A stretch of 64,000 bases of DNA from an uncultured Gemmatimonadales bacterium (GTDB lineage Bacteria > Gemmatimonadota > Gemmatimonadetes > Gemmatimonadales > GWC2-71-9), in contig CAWCFX010000001.1 in assembly GCA_963795085.1 (NCBI GenBank), positions 512,001-576,000 of the forward strand, given 5' to 3'. Within the stretch, counting starts at the first letter, position 1. Every line of letters begins with the position of its first letter. A program made the translations under genes and the position numbers. Under the pieces are notes generated by a model. The model worked only from the letters and a program-made list of their open reading frames with translations. It was not told where the DNA came from and did not search any database. Positions 43,078 through 52,976 of this stretch are shown here, piece after piece.

Positions 43078-43218
43078 TGCATCCCAGAATCTCAAGCCAT
43101 TGTGCCACCGGGAGTTGGACGTTTTCACCGGGCTGGCCTCCCATCCGCGATGTGTCCCGGGATGGGGACAGGTGACCGCGTTGACTTGCACCCCTTTCTC
43201 TCAATACGTTGCGCCCGA

Positions 43219-44145
43219 ATGAACCGACCTGTCAGCGCGCCGGGCCTGTCCCGGGTGGATCTGCTTGACCCCCTGGAGGTCTCCCGTCTCGGGGGGCTGG
43301 AACTGGTGTCCCAGGGAATCGTAGAAGGGTTCCTGGCCGGCCTCCACCGGTCCCCCCGGCGGGGATTCTCGGTCGAGTTCGCCGAGCACCGCATGTATCA
43401 GCCGGGAGACGAACTGCGCTACGTGGACTGGAAGATCCTGGGCCGCAACGACCGCCTCTACGTGAAGCAGTTCGAAGAAGAGACCAACCTGCGGGCCATG
43501 ATCGTCACCGACATCAGCCGCTCCATGGCCTGGAGCGGCGCCCCGGAAACCACCCTCACCAAACTGGATTACACCCGGCGGCTGGTCGCCGCTCTCAGCC
43601 TGTTGCTGCTGCGCCAGCGGGACGCCACCGGGCTGATCACCTTCGATGACGAGGTCCGCTCGGTGACCCCGGCCCGGGCCCGGCTGAGCCACTGGCGAAC
43701 CATCCTGGGGGTGCTCGAGACGCTCAAGCCGGGGGAGGGGACGGCCGCCGAGCCGGCCCTCCGGCGGGTGATGGGCCGGCTCCGGCGCCGGGGGCTCGTC
43801 GTCTTCATTTCCGACCTCCTGCTGGATCGCAGCACCGCACTCCACGCCCTCCAGTTTCTCCGGCACCGCGGCCACCAGGTGATGGTCTTTCACATCATGG
43901 ACCCCGCGGAAGTAAACCTCGACGGGCCGGCGGAGGCTCGCTTCGAGGACCCGGAGACCCGGGCGACCATCACCCTCCGCCCCAAGGACTGGGCCGAGGT
44001 GTACCGGGAGACGGTCGCGGGGGTCGTGGGCGAGTGGTACAAGGCCTGTCGCAGCCGGGGCATCCACTATCATCGGGTCACCACCGACACCCCGTTCGGC
44101 ATCGCCCTCCGCCGCGCGCTGGCCCAGCCGGCGGGGATTACGTGA
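43219..44145 (+). CDS. DUF58 domain protein
   Basis: GLHRS..GFSVEFAEHR.YQPGD.LR.VDWK, DISRSM, ISD. Confidence 0.9.
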   Translation: MNRPVSAPGLSRVDLLDPLEVSRLGGLELVSQGIVEGFLAGLHRSPRRGFSVEFAEHRMYQPGDELRYVDWKILGRNDRLYVKQFEEETNLRAMIVTDISRSMAWSGAPETTLTKLDYTRRLVAALSLLLLRQRDATGLITFDDEVRSVTPARARLSHWRTILGVLETLKPGEGTAAEPALRRVMGRLRRRGLVVFISDLLLDRSTALHALQFLRHRGHQVMVFHIMDPAEVNLDGPAEARFEDPETRATITLRPKDWAEVYRETVAGVVGEWYKACRSRGIHYHRVTTDTPFGIALRRALAQPAGIT

Positions 44146-45926
44146 TTTCCTTTCTCCATCCTTGGGTACTGGCGGGACTGCTGGCCGCCGGGATTCCCAT
44201 TCTCCTGCACCTTATCCAGCGCCGGCAGCCCCCGGTCGTCGTCTTCCCCGCCGTTCGCTACCTGGTGGATACCACCCGGGAGCACCAGAAACGGCTGAAG
44301 CTGCGCAACTGGCTGCTGCTCATCATCCGGACCCTGCTCATCATCCTGCTGGTGCTGGCCGCGGCGGGGCCGACGGCGCCCATCTCCGGCGCGCCCGGAC
44401 ATTCTCCGGCTGCCCTGGTTCTGATCCTGGACAACAGTCTCAGCAGCGGGGCGGTGGTAGAGGGCACCTCCCGGCTGGACAGCTTCCGCCGCGCCGCCGG
44501 CCGGATACTGGACCGGGCCACCGCCGAGGACAGGCTCTGGCTGGTGCTGGCCGACGGTGTGCCTCGGCGGGGCGACCGCACCCGGCTCACCCAACTGGTG
44601 GATAGCGCGGAAGCCACGGCCAGCCGGCTCGACCTGGGCCAGGCGATTCGCGACGCCGACATGGTCCTGGCTAACCAGGAGCTGCCCGGTGAGATCATCC
44701 TGGTCAGCGACCTCCAGGCGTCGGCGGTGACCGCGGCGGAGGTCACTCATCCGCTGCTGGTGGTGCGGCCTGAAGGACCCGTCAGCCGGAACCTGGGCCT
44801 GGCCGCGATCGACCCCGGTCCCCAGCCCTGGTCGCTCTCCGGGTCCCGCGCCACCGTCCGCGTGATGGGAGATTCGTCGCTTTCCATCCCGGTGGCCGTC
44901 CGTCTTGGCGAGCGACCGCCCCGGCAGGCCCTCGTCCGCCCGGGAATGCCGGCGTCGGTGCCGCTCACCGGCGGGGCCGCCGGCTGGTGGCCCATTCACG
45001 CCGAGTTGGACCCCGATGAGTTGCTCAAGGACAACGCGCGGACCGGCGTCGTCCGGGTGGCCCCGGTGGCCGGCGTCTCCTGGCCGGCCGACCTCAGGTA
45101 CCTCGGCGCGGCCGCCGAGGTTCTGCTCTCCAATGGGCGGATCTCCCGGGGGGCCGAGGTGATGCTGGGGCGGCTGGGACCGGGGTTTTCCATCCTGGAG
45201 CCGCCCGCCGACCCGGCCCAGTTGGGCGCGATCAACCGGAGCCTGGACCAGCGCGGTGTGGGCTGGCGGTACGGGCGGCTGATCCAGGCCAGCATCATCT
45301 CCGACAGCGGTCCGCTGGTCGGGCGGGAGCGGATCGAGCGGCGATATACCCTGGAACCGGTCGGCAGCGGCCGGACCGGCGTCATCGCCACAGCCGGGGG
45401 CGCGCCCTGGATCGTCCGGGGAGGCGACGTCGTTCTCCTCGGCAGCCGGCTCGATCCCGAGTGGACCGCCTTGCCGCTTTCGGCGGCTTTCATGCCCTTC
45501 ATGGACGCGCTGCTCAACCGGGTGGCCCGGGGCGAGATCACCCTGGCGGAAGGCTATCCCGACACCCCGGTTACTCTGCCCGACCGGGTGACCGGGGTGT
45601 CAGCCGGCGAACGCCGGTGGACGGTTGAAGGCGGGGCGCCTTTCCGTACGGCCCAGCCCGGTATTCATTTCCTGCTTGCCGGGCGGGATACCATTGGCGC
45701 CCTGGCGGTCAACTTCGACCCGCGAGAATCTCTGCTGGAGCCCGTGACCGACGATGCCGTGAAGGACCTCTGGGACGGGGTGGCCCTCGCCAGCCTCGAT
45801 GAAGGACCGTCGCGCGCCTTTTCCCTTGGCATCCGATCCGACCTGCGCGGTCCCCTGCTCTGGGCGGTGCTGGCCCTGGGACTGGCGGAAGTCCTGCTGG
45901 CGAGCGTCTGGCGCAAATCGGCGTGA
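44142..45926 (+). CDS. BatA domain + vWA-like membrane protein
   Basis: FLHPW..IPILLHL, LDNSLS, VSDLQ, C-terminal TM. Confidence 0.85.
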   Translation: MISFLHPWVLAGLLAAGIPILLHLIQRRQPPVVVFPAVRYLVDTTREHQKRLKLRNWLLLIIRTLLIILLVLAAAGPTAPISGAPGHSPAALVLILDNSLSSGAVVEGTSRLDSFRRAAGRILDRATAEDRLWLVLADGVPRRGDRTRLTQLVDSAEATASRLDLGQAIRDADMVLANQELPGEIILVSDLQASAVTAAEVTHPLLVVRPEGPVSRNLGLAAIDPGPQPWSLSGSRATVRVMGDSSLSIPVAVRLGERPPRQALVRPGMPASVPLTGGAAGWWPIHAELDPDELLKDNARTGVVRVAPVAGVSWPADLRYLGAAAEVLLSNGRISRGAEVMLGRLGPGFSILEPPADPAQLGAINRSLDQRGVGWRYGRLIQASIISDSGPLVGRERIERRYTLEPVGSGRTGVIATAGGAPWIVRGGDVVLLGSRLDPEWTALPLSAAFMPFMDALLNRVARGEITLAEGYPDTPVTLPDRVTGVSAGERRWTVEGGAPFRTAQPGIHFLLAGRDTIGALAVNFDPRESLLEPVTDDAVKDLWDGVALASLDEGPSRAFSLGIRSDLRGPLLWAVLALGLAEVLLASVWRKSA

Positions 45927-48900
45927 GTCTCCACTCGATTCTCGATGCGCTCGGCCGGACCCGCACGGCGCAGGACCTGCTCACCAGGCTACCCGGACGA
46001 GGATCTTCCCTGACCCTGGGCGGGTTGCCGGGGTCGAGCGGGGCCGTCACCGTGGCCTGGATCGCCCGCGCCCTCCCCCAGCGCCTGCTCACCGTGGTGG
46101 CGCCGACGCCCGCCGAAGCCGAACGCTGGCTGAGCGACCTGCAGCCGCTGACCACCGCCGGGGTCGCCCTCTACCCCCAGCGGGAGAGCCTGGGCGAAGA
46201 AGAACCCCACTACGAAATCGCCGGAGAGCGGGTCGAGACGCTGGAGGCGCTGCTGGGAGGGAAACTTCGCATCCTGGTGACGACGGCGCGGGCTACCGCG
46301 GAACGGACCCGGGTGCCGGCGGCGCTGGCCGCAATGCGGCTGGTCCTCAGGGCGGGGGAGCGTCGGCCGCTCACCGACGTCGCCCACTCGCTGGAGCGGA
46401 TGGGCTACCGGCGGGTGCCGACGGTCACCGAGGTGGCCGAGTTCAGCGTGCGGGGCGGCATCATTGACGTGTACGGGTTCGGCATGGGCGAGGCGGCCCG
46501 TTGCGAGTGGTGGGGGGACGAACTCAACTCGCTCTGGGTATTCGACCTGACCAGCCAGCGCTCGTTGCAGCAGATCGACGAAATCACCATCCTGCCCGTT
46601 TCCCCGCCCGATCCCGCCGAGCCCGAAGTCACCGGTTTCACCGCCGCCCGGCAGACCCTGCTGGAGCTGCTGCCCTCCGACACCCTCCTGGTGGAGGAGG
46701 CCATGGGCCCGGACCGGGATGAAGTGGAACGGGCCTGGCGGGAGGCCGAGCATCACCTGGACGTGGCGCGCCGGCTGGGGGAAGACGTGCCCTCGCGCGA
46801 CGCGTTGTTCGAGGAACCGGACCAGTGGCGGCGCCGGCTGGAAGCCTTCGGCCGGCTGATCCTGGGGGAGGCGCTGCCGGACCTGCAGATGGGGTTTCTG
46901 CCGCCCGAAAAGATCGACCGCAATCTGAACCGCCTGCGCGCGGTGCTCGGCTCCGAACAGCCCACCCTCATTCTCTGCGACAACGAAGGCCAGCTGGAGC
47001 GGCTCGATGAACTGCTCAACGAAGGCGGCCGCGGCGGCATCCACGCCACCCTCGTCATAGGAAGCCTCGATGGCGGGTTCGTGCTGCCGGGCCTCCGGGT
47101 CCTGACCGACCACGAGATCTTCCGGCGGGCCCGCCGGCTCCGCCGCTCCCGCCGTTACCGGCAGGCGGCGCCTTCGTCCGCGACCGGGGCGCTGACGGTG
47201 GGCGACTACGTGGTACACCTCGATCATGGGATTGGGATCTACCGCGGCATCGGCAGCGTCACGGTCGGCGGGGGGATTCTCGAGGTGGCCATCGTCGAAT
47301 ACGAGGGCGGCGACCGGCTCAATGTCCCCCTGTACCGGCTGGACCAGCTGGAACGGTACCGGGCCGCGGGGGACGACGGCGACCGGCCCCCGCCCCGGCT
47401 CCACCGGCTGGGCGGCCACAGCTGGCAGCGGGTCCGGGAGCGCACCCGGGAAGCCATCAAGGCCATGGCAGCCGAACTGCTCGACCTCTACGCCCGCCGG
47501 CAGGTGAGCGCCGGCTATCCCTTCCCGCCGGATACCCGCTGGCAACGGGAGCTGGAATCGAGCTTCCTGTACGAAGACACGCCCGACCAGGTCAAGGCCA
47601 CCGAACAGGTCAAGCAGGACATGGAACAGCCCAAGCCGATGGACCGGCTCCTGGTGGGGGACGTGGGCTACGGCAAGACCGAGATCGCGGTGCGGGCGGC
47701 GTTCAAGGCGGTGCAGGGGGGCAAACAGGCCGCGGTGCTGGTCCCGACCACCATCCTGGCCGAGCAGCACGGCCGCACCTTCATCGAGCGGTTGGTGGAT
47801 TACCCGGTCAAGATCGAAGTCCTCTCCCGGTTCCGGACCGCGCGGGAGCAGAAACAGGCAGTTGCCCGGCTGGCGACCGGCGCGACCGACATCATCATCG
47901 GCACCCACCGGCTGTTGTCCCGGGACGTCGTGTTCAAGGACCTGGGAATCCTGGTGGTGGACGAGGAGCACCGCTTCGGGGTCAAGCACAAGGAGCGGCT
48001 CAAGGAACTGCGGCTCTCGGTGGATGTCCTGACCCTGACCGCCACCCCGATTCCCCGGACCCTGCATCTCTCGCTGGCCGGGCTCCGCGACCTGACCCTG
48101 CTGGAGACCGCTCCCCGCGACCGCTCTCCGATCCTGACGTTCGTGGAGCCGTGGGACGATGGCCTGCTGGAAGAGGCCTTCGCGCGGGAGCTGGACCGGG
48201 GCGGCCAGGTATTCGTGGTGCATAACCGGATCGAAACCATTGATACCATCGCCGCGAGGGTGCGGGCCCTGGCGCCGCGGGCGAAGGTGGGGGTCGCCCA
48301 TGGCCAGATGGCGGCCGATGACCTGGAGCAGGTGATGCGCGGGTTCGTGGCCGGCGAGGTGGACATCCTGGTCTCCACGATGATCGTGGAATCGGGCCTC
48401 GACGTGCCCAACGCCAATACGATGGTCGTCCACGATGCCCACCGGTTCGGTCTGGCCCAACTGTACCAGCTTCGGGGCCGGGTGGGCCGCAGCCACCGGA
48501 GGGCGTATTGCTACCTGCTGGCGTCCGACCAGACCTCGCCGGAAGCGGAAGACCGGCTCAAGATCCTGGAGCATCATACCGACCTGGGCAGCGGCTACCG
48601 GATCGCGCTCAAGGACCTGGAGATCCGGGGCGCGGGCAACATGCTGGGGTCGGAACAGTCGGGACATGCCCACGCGGTCGGCTTCGACCTGTACCTGCGC
48701 TGGCTGGAGGAGACGGTGATCGCGCTCCGGGGCCAGGGCAAGGTGGAGCACCCGGCCCCGCCGGACGTGGTGCTGGACCGCCCGGCTCATCTTCCCGAAG
48801 GCTACGTGCCGGACGACGAGATCAAGCTGGACCTGTACCGCCGACTGGCGCGAGCCTCGTCGTCAGGCGAGATTGATGAGTTGCGCGCGGAAATGCGGGA

Positions 48901-49192
48901 GCGGTTCGGACCCCTCCCGGAGGAAGCGGAAAACCTGCTTCACATGGCCCGCCTGCGGGTTCTCGGTGCGTCAATGGGATTGCAGCACGTCCTCATCCGG
49001 GGCGACGAGGCCCGCCTGACCTTCCGGCAGGGGGCGACCCCCCGGCTGGCGGGCCTGACCCGCGCCCTGGACGACGTGCAGCTCTCGGCCGAGGTCCGGC
49101 GCACGGTGCCGCTGTCCATGCGGCTGCTCCGGCTGGGGGGCGAGGCGATGGTACCGGCGCTGGCGCGGGCGCTGGCCGCCGGCAGCCAGTAG
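45923..49192 (+). CDS. mfd: Transcription-repair coupling factor
   Basis: GDYVVHLDHGIG, GDVGYGKTE, DEEHRFG, QLRGRVGR, DLEIRGAGN, TRCF C-terminus. Confidence 0.96.
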   Translation: MSLHSILDALGRTRTAQDLLTRLPGRGSSLTLGGLPGSSGAVTVAWIARALPQRLLTVVAPTPAEAERWLSDLQPLTTAGVALYPQRESLGEEEPHYEIAGERVETLEALLGGKLRILVTTARATAERTRVPAALAAMRLVLRAGERRPLTDVAHSLERMGYRRVPTVTEVAEFSVRGGIIDVYGFGMGEAARCEWWGDELNSLWVFDLTSQRSLQQIDEITILPVSPPDPAEPEVTGFTAARQTLLELLPSDTLLVEEAMGPDRDEVERAWREAEHHLDVARRLGEDVPSRDALFEEPDQWRRRLEAFGRLILGEALPDLQMGFLPPEKIDRNLNRLRAVLGSEQPTLILCDNEGQLERLDELLNEGGRGGIHATLVIGSLDGGFVLPGLRVLTDHEIFRRARRLRRSRRYRQAAPSSATGALTVGDYVVHLDHGIGIYRGIGSVTVGGGILEVAIVEYEGGDRLNVPLYRLDQLERYRAAGDDGDRPPPRLHRLGGHSWQRVRERTREAIKAMAAELLDLYARRQVSAGYPFPPDTRWQRELESSFLYEDTPDQVKATEQVKQDMEQPKPMDRLLVGDVGYGKTEIAVRAAFKAVQGGKQAAVLVPTTILAEQHGRTFIERLVDYPVKIEVLSRFRTAREQKQAVARLATGATDIIIGTHRLLSRDVVFKDLGILVVDEEHRFGVKHKERLKELRLSVDVLTLTATPIPRTLHLSLAGLRDLTLLETAPRDRSPILTFVEPWDDGLLEEAFARELDRGGQVFVVHNRIETIDTIAARVRALAPRAKVGVAHGQMAADDLEQVMRGFVAGEVDILVSTMIVESGLDVPNANTMVVHDAHRFGLAQLYQLRGRVGRSHRRAYCYLLASDQTSPEAEDRLKILEHHTDLGSGYRIALKDLEIRGAGNMLGSEQSGHAHAVGFDLYLRWLEETVIALRGQGKVEHPAPPDVVLDRPAHLPEGYVPDDEIKLDLYRRLARASSSGEIDELRAEMRERFGPLPEEAENLLHMARLRVLGASMGLQHVLIRGDEARLTFRQGATPRLAGLTRALDDVQLSAEVRRTVPLSMRLLRLGGEAMVPALARALAAGSQ

Positions 49193-49246
49193 CCGTTCAA
49201 CCTGCAATCTGACATCCGCAATCTGAAATCTCACTTGGGGGAGCGA

Positions 49247-50695
49247 ATGCGTAAGGCGTGGCTGGTCATTGGTCTGGCGGGAGTGCTGGGGTGCAACAGT
49301 TTCCGGGATCTCTTCTCGGCGCATGCCGATAGGGCCGCCGAAGCGGCGGGCCAGGAACTGTCATCGGAGCGGCTGGCCGAAATCATGGGACAGACGAAGG
49401 GCGTTCCGATCACCCGGGAGGCGGCCGAGTTCGTCGCCAACGTGTGGGTGGATTACACCCTCTTCTCCCAGGCGCTGGCCCGGGGGACCAACCTCAGCGA
49501 CTCCTTGACCATCGCCGAGACGATGTGGCCCCAGATCGCCCAGGTGAAGGGCGACCGGTGGTTCGACACGGTGCTGACCCGGCGCCTCGAGCTCCCCGAC
49601 GGCGCGGTGGACAGCCTCTACAACGCCGGGCAGTTGCGGCTGGTCCAGCACATTCTCTACACTGTTCCCCAGGGGTCCGGCGAGGAGGAGCGGGTGGCCG
49701 CCGAGCGGAAGGCGAACGCCGCCCTGGCGCGGATCCGGGGCGGGGCTGATTTCGGTGCCGTCGCCCTGGTCGAGAGCCAGGACTTCCAGAGCGCCCGGGA
49801 CAGCGGCTTCCTTCCTCCGTCACCCCGGGGCGCCTGGGTCACCTCGGTGGACAGCGCCATCTGGAGCCTGTCGCCCGGGGGGGTCAGCGGGCTGGTAGAA
49901 TCGCCCTACGGCTACCACCTCATCCGGCGGCCCACCGCCGCCGCCGTGCGGACCCGGCTGGAGGCCTACCTGGAGGGCCAGGAGACCAACCAGCTGGATT
50001 CGCTGTATCGCGATTCCATCGCCCAGGCCCGCGGCCTCAAGCTCTCCGGCTCGGCGGTCACCCTGATGCGGGGAGCCATCGCCGACCCCGAGACCCAGCG
50101 CAATTCCTCCAAGAAGATCGTCGAGTTCCGCGGCGGCGGGTTCACGGTGGGCGATTTCCTGCGCTGGGTCTTCGCGCTGCCGCCCCAGTTCGTCCAGCAG
50201 CTCAAGGGCGCCACCGACGACCAACTGAAAGAAGTCGCCACCCTGTTTGCCCAGAACACCATCCTGCTGATGCAGGCGGACTCGGCGGGGATCCAACTGA
50301 CCCCGGTCGAGTGGCAGGGATTGCAGATGCAGCACCGCGCGGGGATCGACACCCTTCGGTTCAGCCTGGGCCTCGGGTTCGAGATCAGCGATAGCAGCGT
50401 CGCGGTTTCGGAGCGGAGCAAGCTGGCCGCGCTCCGGCTCGATACCTACTTCAATGACCTGGTCAGCGGCCGGACCCGGGTTCGCCCGATCCCTGCCACC
50501 CTGTCTTCCTTTCTCCGGCGGGAGGGCTCCTACGAGATCAACGATGCCGGTCTCCTTCGGGCCGTCGAGATCGCCCAGGGCAAGCAGCGCGCGGATTCAG
50601 CGGCGTCCGCCGATTCGTTGGCCCGGCCGGCGGTACCGGCGCCCCAGCTGCGGGATTCCGCGGCGGTTCCGCCCCGTCCCGGTGCCCAGCCATGA
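49247..50695 (+). CDS. Parvulin-type peptidyl-prolyl isomerase lipoprotein
   Basis: VLGC lipobox; QHIL, ESPYGYHLI. Confidence 0.8.
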   Translation: MRKAWLVIGLAGVLGCNSFRDLFSAHADRAAEAAGQELSSERLAEIMGQTKGVPITREAAEFVANVWVDYTLFSQALARGTNLSDSLTIAETMWPQIAQVKGDRWFDTVLTRRLELPDGAVDSLYNAGQLRLVQHILYTVPQGSGEEERVAAERKANAALARIRGGADFGAVALVESQDFQSARDSGFLPPSPRGAWVTSVDSAIWSLSPGGVSGLVESPYGYHLIRRPTAAAVRTRLEAYLEGQETNQLDSLYRDSIAQARGLKLSGSAVTLMRGAIADPETQRNSSKKIVEFRGGGFTVGDFLRWVFALPPQFVQQLKGATDDQLKEVATLFAQNTILLMQADSAGIQLTPVEWQGLQMQHRAGIDTLRFSLGLGFEISDSSVAVSERSKLAALRLDTYFNDLVSGRTRVRPIPATLSSFLRREGSYEINDAGLLRAVEIAQGKQRADSAASADSLARPAVPAPQLRDSAAVPPRPGAQP

Positions 50696-52014
50696 AACTG
50701 AGGTGGGCGGGACTGGTCCTCGGCCTCTGCCTTCCGGCGGAGGCCCTGTGCGCCCAGGAGCCGGAAACCGGCCCCATCGACCAGATCGTGGCGGTGGTCG
50801 GCCAGGCACCTATCCTGATGTCGCAGGTGCAGGAGGAGATCCTCGCCCAGCGCATGCAGGGCGTCCCGATCCCCACCGGGGAAGAGGAGATCCGGGAACT
50901 CCAGCAGCGGGTGCTCCAGGAGCTGATTGACGCGGAGTTGCTGCTCCAGGAGGCGGCGACCGACACCATGGTCAAGGTGACCGACGACGAAGTCATCCAG
51001 GCCGTCGAGGCCCGGATCCGGCAGCAGCGGCGGGATATTCCCTCCGAGCTGGAGTGGCGGAACGAGCTGCGGCGGGAAGGCTTTCTCACGCCCGAGGAAT
51101 ACCGCCGCTGGCTGATCGAGCAGCAGCGCCGGTTCTTCCTGCGGGAGAAGTACCTCCAGAGCCTGCAGGCCAGCCGCCGGCTGGTGCAGGTCCAGCCGAC
51201 CGAAGCGGAACTGCGCGACTATTTCGACAAGCAGAAAGGATCGCTGTCGCCGGAGCAGCGGAAGACCCCGCCGGCGGTCTCCTTCCGGCAGGTGGTGGTG
51301 GCGCCCCGGCCCAGCGACGCGGCCCGGGCAGAGGCCCGGGCCCGGACCGACTCCATCGTGCGGGAACTGCGGAACGGCGCGGACTTCGCCGCCGCGGCCC
51401 GCCGGTTTTCGTCCGACCCCGCGTCCCGGGAAAAAGGCGGCGACCTGGGCTGGTTCCGGCGGGGCGTCATGATCGCCGAGTTTGAGCGGGTCGCCTTCCA
51501 GATGCGGCCCGGGGTGGTGTCCGAGCCGGTCGAGACCAGCTTCGGTTTTCACATCATCCAGGTCCAGCGGATCCAGCCGACTGAAATCCAGGCCCGCCAT
51601 ATCCTGGTCACGCCCGACGTGAGCCAGGCGGCGTCCGACAGCGCCCGGGCCCTGGCGGACCGGATCGCCGAGCGAGTCCGGGAGGGCGGGGCGGTGGATT
51701 CGCTGCAGCTGCGGTATCACGACGCGGCCGAGCTCAAGATCGCCGAGGATGCGCCGCTGTCGCAGCTGCCCCCCGCCTACACCGCCCTGTCCACCGCGGA
51801 CTCCGGGGCGGTCCTGGTGGTGACCCTTCCAGCCGAGCCGGAGGTGCGCAGCAAGTTCGCCGTGGTCCAGGTGGTCGGCCGCCGGGCGGAGGGCGAGATC
51901 TCGTTCCAGGACGTGAAAGAACTGATCCGGCCCCGGGTGGCGGAACAGCTTGCCATCCAGCGCTACGTGGCCCAGCTCCGCGAGAAGACTTACGTGGAGA
52001 TCCGGCCGATTTGA
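50692..52014 (+). CDS. surA: SurA-like chaperone/PPIase
   Basis: IDQIVAVVG N-domain; GGDLGWF, ETSFGFHII; upstream of pdxA. Confidence 0.78.
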   Translation: MKLRWAGLVLGLCLPAEALCAQEPETGPIDQIVAVVGQAPILMSQVQEEILAQRMQGVPIPTGEEEIRELQQRVLQELIDAELLLQEAATDTMVKVTDDEVIQAVEARIRQQRRDIPSELEWRNELRREGFLTPEEYRRWLIEQQRRFFLREKYLQSLQASRRLVQVQPTEAELRDYFDKQKGSLSPEQRKTPPAVSFRQVVVAPRPSDAARAEARARTDSIVRELRNGADFAAAARRFSSDPASREKGGDLGWFRRGVMIAEFERVAFQMRPGVVSEPVETSFGFHIIQVQRIQPTEIQARHILVTPDVSQAASDSARALADRIAERVREGGAVDSLQLRYHDAAELKIAEDAPLSQLPPAYTALSTADSGAVLVVTLPAEPEVRSKFAVVQVVGRRAEGEISFQDVKELIRPRVAEQLAIQRYVAQLREKTYVEIRPI

Positions 52015-52940
52015 GGCCCCGGCTGGCCCTGACGCTCGGCGACCCGCGCGGCATCGGGCCCGAGATCGCGGCCCAGGCCCTGGCCGCCCCGCTGGAGGCG
52101 GACATCACCGTCGTCGGGGCCGAGGACCAGATCGCGGCGATCCCCGCCGCGAGGCGGGTCCCGGTCGGCCCCTGGCGGTCAGGATCGGGTGAGCCGGACC
52201 CGGCCGGGGGCGCTTCCCACGCGCGCAGCGTACTGGCGGGCAAGATCGCGGGGCATTCCGTCGAGACCGCGGTCCGGCTGGCCCAGGCCGGCGAGGTGGA
52301 CGGCATCGTCACCGCCCCCATCAACAAGCACGCGCTGCATCTCGCCGGATTCCCCTTCCCCGGACACACCGAATGGCTGGCGCATCTCGCCGGCGATATT
52401 GACGTCGCCATGATGCTGGCCGCGGGCCGGCTCCGGGTGGTCCTGGTGACGACCCATGTGGCGCTGCGGGACGTGCCGGCCCTGGTCACCGTGGACCGGA
52501 TCGTCCGCACCGGCCGGGTGACCCGGCGGGCCCTGGCGGACTGGTTCGGCATCGCGGAACCCCGCCTCGCCCTCTGCGCCCTGAATCCCCACGCGGGCGA
52601 GTCCGGTCTCTTCGGCGACGAGGAGAAACGGGTGCTCGCGCCGGCCGCCGCGCAACTGGGCGCCGCGGGTCCCTTCCCGGCCGATACGGTGTTCGTGCGG
52701 GCGATGCGGGGCGAGTTCGATGCGGTGCTGGCGCCGTACCACGACGTGGGGATGACGGCCATCAAGGTGGCGGCGTTCGGGCAGGGGGTGAACGTGACGC
52801 TGGGACTGCCGTTTCCCCGGACATCGCCCGATCACGGCACCGCGTTCGATATTGCAGGGCAGGGCCGGGCGGACTGGGGCAGCATGCGGGAAGCCCTGGA
52901 ACTGGCGGCGAGGCTGGCCGCCAGGAAGATCGGCGAGTGA
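52011..52940 (+). CDS. pdxA: 4-hydroxythreonine-4-phosphate dehydrogenase
   Basis: GDPRGIGPE, GHTE, LNPHAGE, YHD, RTSPDHGTAFDIAG. Confidence 0.95.
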   Translation: MRPRLALTLGDPRGIGPEIAAQALAAPLEADITVVGAEDQIAAIPAARRVPVGPWRSGSGEPDPAGGASHARSVLAGKIAGHSVETAVRLAQAGEVDGIVTAPINKHALHLAGFPFPGHTEWLAHLAGDIDVAMMLAAGRLRVVLVTTHVALRDVPALVTVDRIVRTGRVTRRALADWFGIAEPRLALCALNPHAGESGLFGDEEKRVLAPAAAQLGAAGPFPADTVFVRAMRGEFDAVLAPYHDVGMTAIKVAAFGQGVNVTLGLPFPRTSPDHGTAFDIAGQGRADWGSMREALELAARLAARKIGE

Positions 52941-52976
52941 CCATGGCCATGGGGCCAGGGCCAGTGATTCTTCGCG

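Noticed and set aside
41407..43218. 912-aa ORF as an N-terminally extended DUF58 protein
   Set aside because: The upstream part is antisense to the DUF4384-like gene; the DUF58 protein plausibly starts at ATG 43219.
45989..48790. Long antisense ORFs (also 323-1657, 5289-6866, 15186-16997, 26624-28828, 29771-31843, 55487-56995)
   Set aside because: Shadow ORFs opposite well-supported genes, expected at high GC.
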